Source of the DNA: Raillietiella orientalis
Lineage: Eukaryota
Direction: 5' to 3'
Assembly: GCA_036172245.1 (NCBI GenBank)
Contig: JAYWIR010000034.1
Span: forward strand, 124,001-188,000
Length of the DNA: 64,000 nucleotides
The translations under genes were made by a program, and so were the position numbers. The notes under the pieces are model-generated. The model did no database searches. It was not told the DNA's origin and saw only the letters and a list, made by a program, of their open reading frames with translations. Of the stretch, positions 37,611 through 50,270 are shown one piece after another; positions within the stretch are counted from its first letter, which is position 1; every line of letters begins with the position of its first letter.

Positions 37611-38512
37611 GGTGATTTTCCTAAGGATTCCGAATTGGTTTGCCATGAAATTGAATTTTGAAATATTGCAAAAAGCATGATGCATTAAAATCCAACAAAT
37701 CGGCAAGCTAAATGGTTAATGAGTCTACAGAAAAATACAGATGGAAAGAAAGAAGAGGAATGTAAACATTCAGGTATGGAAAGAAAGAGAAAAAGAAAAA
37801 TGCACACACAAGAGGATTTAAAAGTCTCTCTGAGTCTGACAAGAGGTGATTCACGATTCGAGATCAGCTCAGACGCACAGATGAAAATTACAATACAGAT
37901 TTGAAGAGTAGATAGTTGAGCAAAATTCACTGCCTCCTCTCGATAGCTGCAACATATGGTCTCAATATTTGATTAGACTTGTTTGGATGCAAACTCACTT
38001 TAGGGTAAAACAGGGCATATTACTTGATAAAAGAATTCGGGGTCCACAAATTACATTTATCAGCACAGGATAACAGCACAAACAGTTTTGTGACAAATTT
38101 GAGAATTAATTAGGAAAATGTTTAATATTAACAAATATTTCTAATAATAGAATAAAATCATTGAATTGTTAGTTCATTTCTTAGAAAACTTGAAAGTTTA
38201 TAATTTCCTATACTTCTAAAGTTAGAGATGGATAAACGCGAGATTTCTAATTACGAAGATGGAATTTTCATTGTTTGAATTCTAATTTTCGAAGAGATCT
38301 AATAAATTAAAAAATTTCAAGTTGGCATTTAAAAATGGAAATATGATGAGTAAACCATGAATTAACGTGGTAATCATACAAATGTTTGCCGCGTATTGTG
38401 TGCACTAGGAACAAGATATAAGGAGCAGTTTTGAACAAAATACAGCTTTCCATGGAAATAATTGGCCCCAGATGTTATCATATGTAAACAGCAGCATTTT
38501 GGAGATCCCGTA

Positions 38513-41500
38513 ATGGCGGCCCGCGAAATGGCAGAAAGTTTACTGTCTAGAACCATTGAAGGTAATAATTAAGTACACATTATGTGCGGAACCAGTACTG
38601 ATAAGTTGAATCCGTATTTATTCATGGTATAAAATATACATCGGGAGACAAGGATGGAAATTTGAAGTTTTGAATTGAATCAAATATTGTTTGTGTGAAA
38701 TCATAATTTAGAATCAAGGTTAAATATCAAAGTTTTGTGGAAATATTGCGATTTCATGAAGAGAAGGGGGTTTATGTAACTTTTAATTATTCCTGATTTG
38801 TATAATTTAGAAGTAAATAATACATAAATTGAGAAGATATGACCCCGTTATAAGTGCTGCATCTTATATGATGATATTTTCACCGGCAGTTTCCTTAATT
38901 TGCATCAGCTGTATAAGTTCAAGATACATGTTTTTATTTGTCTGTGAATGTGCGCATATGTGTGTATGCTTTTTGAAACTTTTTTGAATGCAGCACGTTA
39001 AAATGTGCAGAAATCATGTACACATGTACAATGATAAGCATAACATATTTTGGTGTGACTGTCTGCATATTTTAGCCGTTATTAATAGCCTTCTAAGTAC
39101 GCTGCCAGATAGAAATGAGGCAGTATCTGCAGCAGCTATGCATACATTGGTAGGTCTTAGTAAAAAACGTCAAAATCAAGTACTTTCTGCTGCATTAAAA
39201 CTTTCCATCACCCAGTCTAAAGTGGGTATCTAATAAGGACCAAACCAAACTTTAAGAACCAAACTTTTGGCATACATAGGTTGTCAGATATCAAACCAAA
39301 TTTTATACGCTAATTGGGAAAATTTGTCAAGGCTGTGATGTAAAATTATTTGAAATTGAATTGATAAAGCAGGTGATCAGCATTGCTTCTGCTACCCTCA
39401 CTTGCAATGGTGAAGCATATCATGAATTACAAGATATTTCATCCTCAGTTTTAGTGGAAATTGGATGGACATATTGTCATGAGGTGTGCAACCAATTTGC
39501 ATCAAAATTTTTGAATCTTATTTACCTAGGTGATAGAGAAACTCACTGAATACTATCAGCCAGGAGTATTGTCAAATTCAAGTGTTGTGAAATGCCTGGC
39601 TGATTTAAGCTATCGCAATGCTTTTCACTTTATGCCTTACATGGGAGTCATTCTTGGCACAACTGTTAGCATGTTGCCATTAGCTAAAAAATGCAACATA
39701 AAATGGACTTATGCATATGGTAATCAAAAGTGGATTTTCTAGCAAAATAATATTGTTTCAGCATTGACTAAATGGTCTGAAGCTATCAATGAATATGTAG
39801 CAAACTTAGATAAAGCACCTGATACCAATGTAAATTCCAGCAGTTATGCAGAGGAGATGAATGGATGTTTTGACATTATTATGGGATGGACTAACTCTAA
39901 AGAAAATAAAGTGAATACTTTGTTACTTTTGAAGTTTAGTATTATTTTGTTTCAGCTTTTATTGATGGTTGCTGAAGCTTTAGGGAAAATGTTTAATTTA
40001 ATTTCTGAAGATAAAGCTGCTAAGATTGCTATCCAGCTGCTTAGTTTATTGCTTTCTATGTATAAACGACATGTTAGCTACCTTCCAGTAACACAGTCAT
40101 TAGCTACAATTTTGGACACAGTAACTACTCGGGAGATAGAGCTTAGTCAGACCTTAGAAAAAAATTTAGTTGTAACTCTCTTTGGAAAGGTATGCTACAT
40201 TTGAGTATAAGAACACAGCATTATGAAAAATCGTACTTTGCATTATTAAGTTTAGGAGCAAGATAAAACCATCACCAATTTTTAAAAAATTGACTTGGGA
40301 AATTAAGAGATTAGATAGCATTGATAGAGAAATGTATATTTCATGGTTGTCTATTTTAAATTACACCATTTCTTTACCGGTTTCAAAATTCGTAAAACTT
40401 AACTGTTTATTTTTTGCCAGATTCATATCCCTGTTAATTATGTTGAACCAGCCACTGTGCGAAATTATTTTGAAGTATTCAAATGTTTTGACTTGTTAGG
40501 TAAGCATTTATCACTTTTAATTGTTCCTGCAAGTAATATGTTGGTATAATGCCATGACCTTTACGCATTTTAAGTGCAAATCATTATGAATGTAAGAGTA
40601 GAGATTCCTTTACTTACAGCAAATAGCTTCCAATGTACCTTTCTTGGTTTCAGTAAAGCAAAATAGTGGAAATGTTATAAATTTTTTGCTGAACAAATTA
40701 GACGATGGCAATGAGAAGAATTCTGCAGCAGCACTGTTGTTGTTCCGTCATCTTCTTGGTTCATCTGAAGAGTTGATATTCCCCAATTTGCCCCAAATAT
40801 TGATCGTTGTTAGAAAACTCCTGGATACAAAAAGTTTACTTGTAAAGCCATTTATAAAGTTTATTTTTTAGTCACTTACTTGATTTGTTAGGTAAAAAAA
40901 GCTTTGTGCCAAGTAATTGTGGAATTGGCTCATCGCAGTCAGATTATCTCAGGCCATGATGCTTTTGTACAGTTTGTAGTGAGGCATTGCATTCCGACAG
41001 CAAAGGATACAGTAGGTAGGGTGCTTGAAGGAATTTTAATTTGGAAACGTTTAGGTTGATGATGGAGAACCTTTGCATGTGCTTTGTGGCAAGGTTCTTA
41101 CTCTTTTATCACATATTTTGCCTGGTATCCGCATCTCTTTGCAACAACAGCTGCTTCCTTACTTTCTGCTTGAAGAATTCACAAATGCAATGCCATTTTT
41201 ATGTAAATGCTATTGGCATCTTGTCAGTCAAGTTTCGGAAATAGAAGTGCGTTTTCCATTAAGCGCAAGTAAACACTATTTTTGTGAATAATCATCCAAA
41301 ATATATTTAACAGATTTGGAAATAACTTTTATGAGTTTATGGTGCAGACTTCTTGTGCTTTCTGGATGTCCGTTGATTGGTTCCCTTGGTTATGAGGACG
41401 TTCTTTTAAGACAGTTAGCTGCATTGATTGACCCTGGAGTAGCATCTTTCATGGAAATGAATTCAGAAAAATTCCTTCAAATAAACACTGGTAAGTAGGG

Positions 41501-44500
41501 TGGCTTCACTCAAGTGATCTTTACTTTTTTAAGATGCCAAACCATGCGACACATCCAGCTTTAAAAATAAATCTTTGGATTATTTCCGTGATTTGCTGGA
41601 ATGCTCTTCAGAGCATTCTTGGAAAACTGATTTGAAAAATGAACTGCTAAAGTGTTTAAATTTGTACCAAAGTTTTCCTCAGCAGAAAGGATTTGTGTTC
41701 CAATTATTGGCTTGCTTGACTCATTATGAGAAGCAGCCAGATGCTGTTCTTCCTATGCTGAGATGTGTTATAGATGCTGTGAACGCTGCTGATCTACTTT
41801 TGCTTGGAGTAAGCATGTTTTCTAATTCTAGAAATAATTCAAAACTGGACATGTCAAAAATACTGAATTAATATAGATGTTTTGTTGAAAATTACAATTA
41901 ATATACACAATATGGTGCCTAGGATTCACATTGAGAAAAATAATTTAGCATTTTGAAAAGCCCCAGGTGCAAAGATCAAGAAACTCATTTAATTTGCTTT
42001 ATTTTGAAAGGACAAATAAGCAGATATTGTTTATAAAGTAGAATAAGCACAAAAAAAAGGAATAATAAGCATTCAAGTTGCATCAGGAGTTTTCTCATTG
42101 TACTACTTGTGCAGTAATGTATCTTATAATGGAAGGGAATAATAGCTAGCTGTATAAAGGGATAAATAGTGCTTGCTTCTATAATATTGCAGTGCCACCT
42201 CTATTCAAACTTTTTTCATTGAAATGTTGAAAAACTATCAACATTGTGAAACATAGATAAAAGAGTTTTAAAAACATTTGTATGATGAAATCAAAAATTA
42301 GACTGTGTAAGGATTTTGTGAATGACTGAATTATCTTCATTAATGTTTCTTTGTAAAGTATACCAAATTCAGGATGTTTCTAAATGTAGCGAAAATGAAA
42401 TAGGGAAAACGATTTTTCAGTTTCAGTTGGTTGGTTGAAACTTCTTCCTCTAAAAATGCCATTTATAATTCACAAAAAGATTACTGCCTCCCTAGCACCC
42501 ATAGTGAAACCATTAAACCATTTTAAGCACATCATTATTGGAAATGTTTGGTGTATTGCAGCAAATGAGTAGCAAAAACTACGTAATCAGGAACATTAAA
42601 TGTCAATCATGCATTGTACACACTATACTGTCATCATATAGACAACCATGAACTAATACACACAAATGAAAATGAAAGGGCACTGAATTTGTAATTTAGA
42701 TGAAGCATTTAGGAAAGGCACTTGTTTTGTTTCCTTAATGACTTTTTGTGTGGATGGTAAATCCCAGATTTTGCTAACATTATTTTGTTAATAAATATTA
42801 AACGATGTAATTTAAAACTGGATGTTCATGTTCTCAGAAGTTCAGTTTAGCCTCATACAGTACATCATCTGTTCTGTAAGTTCAAAGTTCAAAATCTTAT
42901 ATATCTAAATATCTTAATTTGTAATCATATTTTGCATAAACAGGTTGAATATTCTTTTGTAAAAGTTACATTTGTTTTGACAGGATTGCAGTACTAGTAT
43001 TGGGATTTGTTCCAAATATCATCCAGAATTAGTTTTATCCCAACTTGAGTTGGTGTACAACCAACAAATAGAGAAAAAACCTTCACTCTTTAGTTTCATT
43101 AAGGATTCACAAACATTGGACTCCATGACCAGTAAAGCCATGTTAGTAGCATGTTTTGCAGAAGCCTGCCAAGGATGCTTTGAAAATTCTCAGTTCATCA
43201 TAGTCTCTTCTCATTTAAAGAAATGGTTCCTTTCAATGTGTAGAGACATAAAGGTAACTTGAAACAAATGCTGAGCTATTTAAATTTTAAACAAAATTTA
43301 GAATTCAGTTTGATAAATGCAAATTTTGATTTCATCTTAATTGCAAGAATTCTAGAAGGTTGCATAATTGAATAGCATTTTTCTAAAGAAAAGAACCGTA
43401 TTGGTAACCAGAGTTCAGATATAGTTGTTGGAAATAGCATTTAAGTGAAAAAGTAAATAATTAAATATGCTACATGTTCCTTTTTATTGCTAATATCAAC
43501 TTGTTTTTGGTTGTGCTGTTTTTATGGAAAGAAATTGTAATCAATTACATTCTTTTAGGATAAAACACTGAAAGGAATATTGTTGCGTGGGATTTACAGA
43601 ATAGCACAAATTTATCAGCTCTATCAGAAAAATATTGTTCTGCATATACGAAATGATCTTCTATTTTTGGTGCTTTGTAGTTTGGAAATACCTACTGAAG
43701 GTTCTGAAAACAACTTTGAGGATTGCATAACAGCAGCTGTTGCCCTTGTGTGAGTAAACATGTATTGTGTATCTCATAAGAATTCTGTTTGTAGGCAGTT
43801 ACCTGCTGCAATCGGTACTGATGAAAAATTGCAATTCCTGAAACAAATCATCCATTTTCTCCATCAAGTAGTACAGACCACAGAACAGGAACACAAAAAT
43901 TCCTGTTTAATTGGTAGCTTTCAGTTGATGTGCACTTTCTTACATCCAGATGTCTCAGCTGGTTCTTTCGATGAAGTATTTTCTGTTCTGGAACCTTCTC
44001 TGCATCATGTTTTAACGGAATTACGGTTGTTGGGCTGTAATTCCTTTCTTTACTTGTTAGAATACTTTTGGAAACATGTGCAGTTTGGAGTGAAAGTGAG
44101 AAATATGGATTTTGCACCTCAGTTGCATTGTATTTCATTCTAGTCTCATAACAATTTTCCCCATGGTGCTTACATGATTGGATTGTTAATACCTCGGTGT
44201 GCAGATTCTGATGTTATTATAAGAATTACCAGTTTACGCTGCATCCACATGATTCTGAAAATCCTACTTTTATATCAAGGCCATAGCAAAGACTTTCATG
44301 ATGATCGTATAGAAACTTTTTTTTCTTCATTGGATTCTTTTGGTGCTAATGAACAATTAATGTTGGATAGTTGCAGAAAATTGGGAACAGTAATATACTT
44401 TGTGACTAATGGCTTATTACCTGTGACTGCTAGATGCTGGCTGAGAAAATCCCTCGTCAACAACTTGTAGGCATGCTGGATGCGTTATTGCTTGGCCTCA

Positions 44501-46761
44501 AAGGCATTCATAAATCTAGTGTTTTGGGAGCATGTTTTACATTAAATGCTATTTTGAAGTCATGTTATGCAGAACTGGGCAGTCATCTAACTCACCTCTT
44601 GTGTATGCTCAAGTTGTTTCTCTTGTCTCACTTGTATTTAATATGAGCAGCATCCATGCATGCTGTAGCCAAGAATTCTCCCATTGATTCCCTCAGACCT
44701 TCTTTGGCCCAATGTGTGTGCACCTTAGCACAGTACCATCTGACTACTGTGTTAACTATTTTATTGAACCTTTCTATACCGTATGATAAGTAAGTGAAAT
44801 GAAAAAAGAGTTTTGAATATTTGCAGACATGTTCAGATTTGCGTGTTATTGTTGGCAGCAGTTGGGACAGCAGAAGGATTTGCTGCCTATGATTTTGGAA
44901 AATTTTCTTGGAGTTTTGGAAACTAGTTCTCTGTATGAGGATGAAACAGAAAGTGGTTTCTACGGTAAACATAGAGTTGCCATGATCTTGCCACTCAAGG
45001 TGCTGCCATGTTTTTTTCATTTTTTGAGAATTCCATTTTCGCTTTTTTCTCCTTTCTCTCTGTATAGATGATGAGTGCCATCAAAGAATTATTTCCTTCA
45101 CCTGTAGCTAGTAGCATTAGCAATGAACAATTAGCAAATATTATTTGCATGCTGGTCAAGGTAGCAGGATGTTATTTGGAAGTATGTGCTCCCGCAAGTA
45201 ATACACCTAGACGTGACAGTGCCCAGAAGCCCTTTTTGATTATTCCTAATCGAGAAGCGTTTACACTGCATCCTTTATCGTGCGTAATTGACTGTACATT
45301 TAAATGATTATGTGTCAACAGAATAGCCATGGAAGCAGTGCATATAGTACTGAGCTGTTTGGGATTCACGTATACTACCTCTTTTCTAATCGAACAGCAG
45401 GAGAACTGGCATTCTATGGCTGATCTGTATTCCTTTGCCAAGTTTACGTCATCGTTTGCTGAGTACGTTATGAATGATCTATCATCTACTTGATGAATCA
45501 TTTCAGACACATTCTAAGAGACCAGCCACTTCTTATTCCTGAATTAATACCTCATCTTGTGAAAGGTATTGTGAATGTCTATGAAGCACAAAGGGTAGTC
45601 AGCACAGCATTTTGCATTGAAGTAAAGAAGAACTTGCTATTTGCGTAAACTGGCTTGTTCTGTAGTTGCTGCACCAGAAGTTAGAAATTTCGCATGATAT
45701 CCTACGTGATTTGGTTCCAGTCTTGCAAGCTCGTTTATCAGATAGCTCTCCTATTGTGCGGCGCTTATGCTATCAAGGGCTAGGATGCACAGGCTCTTTG
45801 TTAAGTTCAGAGGTGAAATGCATTGAGAAACCTTTTACACGTAATGTTTGATAATTAGAAGAGACATGAGCTCTTTGTGGCTTTTGTTGAGGGTATCAAT
45901 GATCGTGAAGATCCAGGAGGTTGGATTACATGTGAAGCCATGCAAGGCTTTTGTCAGTTATTACCCTATTTGGATTCATCTCAACTAAAAAAGTCTTTGT
46001 CATTTATTGCATTGAAGGCTCGACCTTTCCTTGAAAAAGTATGAAAAGTTGAAGATTCTTTAAACAATTTACATTGGTCTACAGGAATCAGCTAATTTGA
46101 GGCGATGGTCCTTGGAATTGCTTGGTGATTTGGCGAGCTTTGTCCAAAATGCTGAAGAAGAGCATGAGTATTTGGAACAGTGCATTACTTGCCTTCCTGT
46201 TCTTCTCATTCATTTAGCTGATCCATGTGATGAAGTGATACAGGTCAAAGGTCTTCTTATTTTTTTGTTGTATAATGTAACAATAGGCTTCAAGAAGAAG
46301 TCTGTTAAAAATCAGCAAAATATTTCCATCACGGCAAGTATGTGAGATCTTGCAGGATAATTTGTCTCCTGATAAGCCTGTGGTACTTGAGGGCTTTATG
46401 CCCAAACTTGCACTGGCTCTGGTTAGTAATTTTCCATCAATAGTGCTTAGTTACCCATATTTATGTAGTATCAGGACCTTCCACATCGATATTCTCAGAT
46501 CATCCACTGCTGTTGCAGTTTTTGCCAGATTCCATATTCTTCAATGCAGTGTGCAGCAGCACTTTTACTTGGTAAGCTTGGAATTTTATTTACTTCTTGT
46601 ATTGTGTGTCAGGTTGTTTCATGGCAAATGTGAAAGCAGAAGAAATTGACACTTTAGACATAGAAAATATTGTGAATTCATTGAACTTGTTATCTGTCCA
46701 GCCAGAATGGGAAGTCCGCCTTCAAGCCATCAAAGCATTTTCCCATGTTGCTATGTTGTGA
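38513..46761 (+). CDS. MROH1: Maestro heat-like repeat-containing protein 1 (MROH1/HEATR7A-like), about 28 exons, about 1600 aa
   Basis: ATG at 38513 (MAAREMAESLLSRTIE/AVINSLLSTLPDRNEAV); mostly about 40-70 nt GT-AG introns. Segments resembling MROH1: FQPG-like YQPGVLSNSSVVKCLADLS, KWSEAINEYVANLDKAPD, MIGLLIPRCADSDVIIR, LAQYHLTTVLTILLNLSIPYD, RLSDSSPIVRRLCYQGLG, LPVLLIHLADPCDEV, and C-terminal EVRLQAIKAFSHVAML* (TGA 46759-46761). Summed exons are about 4.8 kb. Confidence 0.88.
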
Positions 46762-49700
46762 AATTTGCAACTTCATAATTACACTGAATAGGTAGAAATA
46801 CAATGAAATCAGCAATGCTTATCTGTGATGGAATACTGAATGTGGTTTTTATTTAATACATGCTTATTGTTTTCTAAATATTATGTACAGGTGATGTTAT
46901 TGAATGTGTGCTGTAGAAGGACATATATGAAGGACTTATTTGTTATACTCTACCAAGTTATGTGACCAGAATCGCTTCGAAGCCAGGTGAATGTTGTGAT
47001 TGCGCGATGATCGGAAGTTTGTTTTGAAATGAAAACGCAGTCTTAAAGTTGTTAAAAAGCGCCACATAATGCCTTCCGGCAGCGTTTCATGCATTAACAG
47101 AACTAATGTATAGCTGAAGACCAACCAACGCTGAATGAAATGAGACCGTTTGGAGTCCAGTATATTCGTGTATTTGGAATACTTGTATGAAGATGATCAC
47201 AATTTGGTTTTCCTCATAAGCGTCTTGTGAAATTACCTTGTTTTCCTAAACGGGAATGAAAATCAGGAGTTCGTCTCTAGTGACGTTATAGGTGATATAA
47301 ATAAAATACAAAATGACAAAGAACATGCCGAGTTCTCATATTCTCTGAATCGTTTCCTTTTTAAGTTTTATGAGGTAGGTTGACCAATTTACTCGAAGAC
47401 GAGGGAATCGAGAATCGGGTATAAGCTTCTTGGACATAGTTTCCGGAAACACCAAACCATTTTTACCATCCACAAGTTTTTTTTGAAGTGAAGAAAATCT
47501 CAAAACCAAGTCTTGGATCATGGCAATCTTTTTGGGGTTACGCTCAAGCATTGCACTTTGGCTGGGCCGACCTCTGCGATAACCCAAACATGGGTTACTC
47601 GGAAGCATAATTTTTAGACCGAGAAACTGCATTCCCAGCCTCTTGTAATACGTGATAAAGACGGTAAAGTGATCAATGGAACCGTGAACAGTGCCCCTCA
47701 CACCCTGCCCAAGTGCCACAGTCACTGACTGCCTGTAGTGTGGAGACCTCCCAGATGAAAGTGCTCCTCTGAGGGACTGCACAGGGACATGGCAAACGCC
47801 AAACCTATGGAAGTGTGCCTCTCGTCTGCCTCCAAAGAGGTAACCACGCCGGCTTTGACTACGACGACGCCCCCATCCTACACGGCGGTGACAGCGTTGC
47901 AGCCAACGTGGTCGAACGACGTGGAGACAGTGGCGTGACGAACGAAACTCTCCATGTTCGAAATCACAAGAATTAAAAAACAAGTTTGGAATGTGGACCC
48001 CCAGACGGCGACCTTCAAGACGAAGATCCTGCGGCTTGCTAACATGTGAGGCATCTACATCGCTGTTCACAAGAAGGATGTGGATTTTCAAAAAATTAAA
48101 GCAATCACTCCTTCCACGATCGGGTTTACACGCTAGACTAGGAATTGCAGGAGGACCTTATCGAACAAGGCATCGTCCACAATAGCGACTTCCGAAAGGG
48201 ATGGAAAGGACATCCACCACGAATGTGTTTCTGACTGATGTGAAATGCGTCACTAGTCGGACGACGTCTAGTATTTCCTCTTAATGCGGGGAGGTCTAGA
48301 AGGTTGCATTCCTCAGCCACAAGGAAGGAGTCTTGGCGGGCGAGGCGAATAAAAGTGGGAGGCCCGATTAAAAGTGTTTGATGTCGCCAAGTTCCTGGGA
48401 GTGGGCCCCGGATCGGCGCCTGCCTGAAGAAGCTCTGCCAATAGGGTCATCTGATTTGCATCTGCACGAGGTTGCCTCAGTGCCATTACTGCAAGCTTTC
48501 CAGGAACATCAAGCGCGAGTGTAGGTGGTACTCTGCATAGTTCGTCATTCAGAGGCTGCCTCCGCACCCTGTGGTACAAGAACAGGAGAAGCAGCAGAAG
48601 GTGGAGACTCCATTTAAGGGAGCGACGCGGACAACATTTGTCGCTTCCCTGCCATCAGAAGGCTACGTTTCCTCAACCGCGACCGGCATCTGCGGAAGAG
48701 TTCAAAGATGGCGCTACCTGGCGCTTGCCTGAACATCGCAGCACGCCATCGCGTACGCTTTGCTCCCTGACTTCCTCTAGGCTTCCCTTGGCCACCTGCC
48801 TCCGCACACCATGTTCGCTTCTTGTCGCCGTTGCCCAATCACAAGCTCCTCCTTCGCCGCTTTCTGGGAACCCAACAATCCCTATCCGCCTCACCCCTTC
48901 CTCCCGCTCTTCTCTGCTCTCCTTTACCACGAGCAGCGGTTCGAGCATTCAGCGAGGAGCGCCCACATGATCCGCGGCTACTGTGACCCCAGTTGCTAAG
49001 AAAAACGCTGACCGTTGAAGTGCTGAATGCCCGGCCTACCGTAACGAAAACAAGTTCCCAATTTCCCTTCTCTCGTGCGGGCACCACCCAGTTCCCGTGA
49101 TAACAGCACCCGTTTCCGAAACGACACGGCACCCTGCACTTCTCCAGCTCGTTGATGCTGCTGCCTGGTCCGTGCTCGAATTGGTACGCCCACCCCTCGA
49201 CCTCTGGGCAGTAGTAGTCCGTCGGATCTTCATAGCCGCACTTGCGCTTCAACCCAGCACGCCGTAGGTGGCGCGATCGACGAACCAACACGACGACAAC
49301 AACCCTCCCATCCGAAGTTGTAGGGGCACGCGACTTCAACTTTGCTGCAACGCGTGTGCAAAATGCGCCTTCCACTTACGTCCACGCCAAAGAACTCAGC
49401 ACGGAACAGGTCAGGCACACAAGAAAACGGTCGCTTGAACTCGAGCAGGCAGAGTGGTTTTCCTTTATTGAAGCGGATTCCCTTCCCGAAGCAAAAGAGC
49501 GTTCCTGCAATCTCCGATCGCCGCCATTGGCTGCTGTTGGTCCCGAAGCGTCCCGCTTGCGCCCTTTCCGCTTCCCGACCACGACCACGGTTCAGACGCT
49601 CGCATTGGGGACAGCAGGCGGAGATTGGTAGCCATGTGAAGCACAGCGAAGGAACAGACACCTGTTCCCAAAGGTAATAGCAACGAGTGTGCCTTTCAGC

Positions 49701-50270
49701 TTCTTAGAAAGCATTCTTTGAGGAATCTCGTGCTCTCGATGTTTGGAAATTGGCAGATAAATATCAAGATAAGATAAACGCGTTTCTGCATGTGTCTTTT
49801 CTGCATGTGGATCGGTAATACGGAATTGACGTCAAAGTGAAAAGACATCGGCTGCTCATGAAATTCATTCCAGAGGGATGCTCTAATGGAAGGAAAAAAA
49901 TGCACAAAGGAGTGAAAGAATGGAAGGAAATATCGAGTAGAACGGATGGAATAGAACGAATTCCATCAAAATTCTCGATGGAACGAAAACAGTCGATAGC
50001 TCTTTCGCGAGCACTCTCTCTTTTTGGATTCGTTCGAGTGCACGAGTCCCACGCATTTCATTACGTAATCTCCGTGCCATTGCGATGTGTCATGCAATTG
50101 TACAACTTTCAAAACAAGGATTATTAGGAGGAGGATAACTACTCGTTGAGTTGAATGGAAGCTGGAAGCCTACCAATGAAAAAGGTGTAAAAAACAGTTC
50201 TTCAACAGACGCCTCCGCGATGCATATGCGAGCAAGGAGATCCTGCATCCGTGTGTATAAATTTCATATT

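Noticed and set aside
47336..48091. 251-aa minus-strand ORF
   Set aside because: No ATG start or recognisable domain; the plus strand carries a stop-interrupted frame (MANAKPMEV...), so this is more likely the shadow of a decayed repeat.
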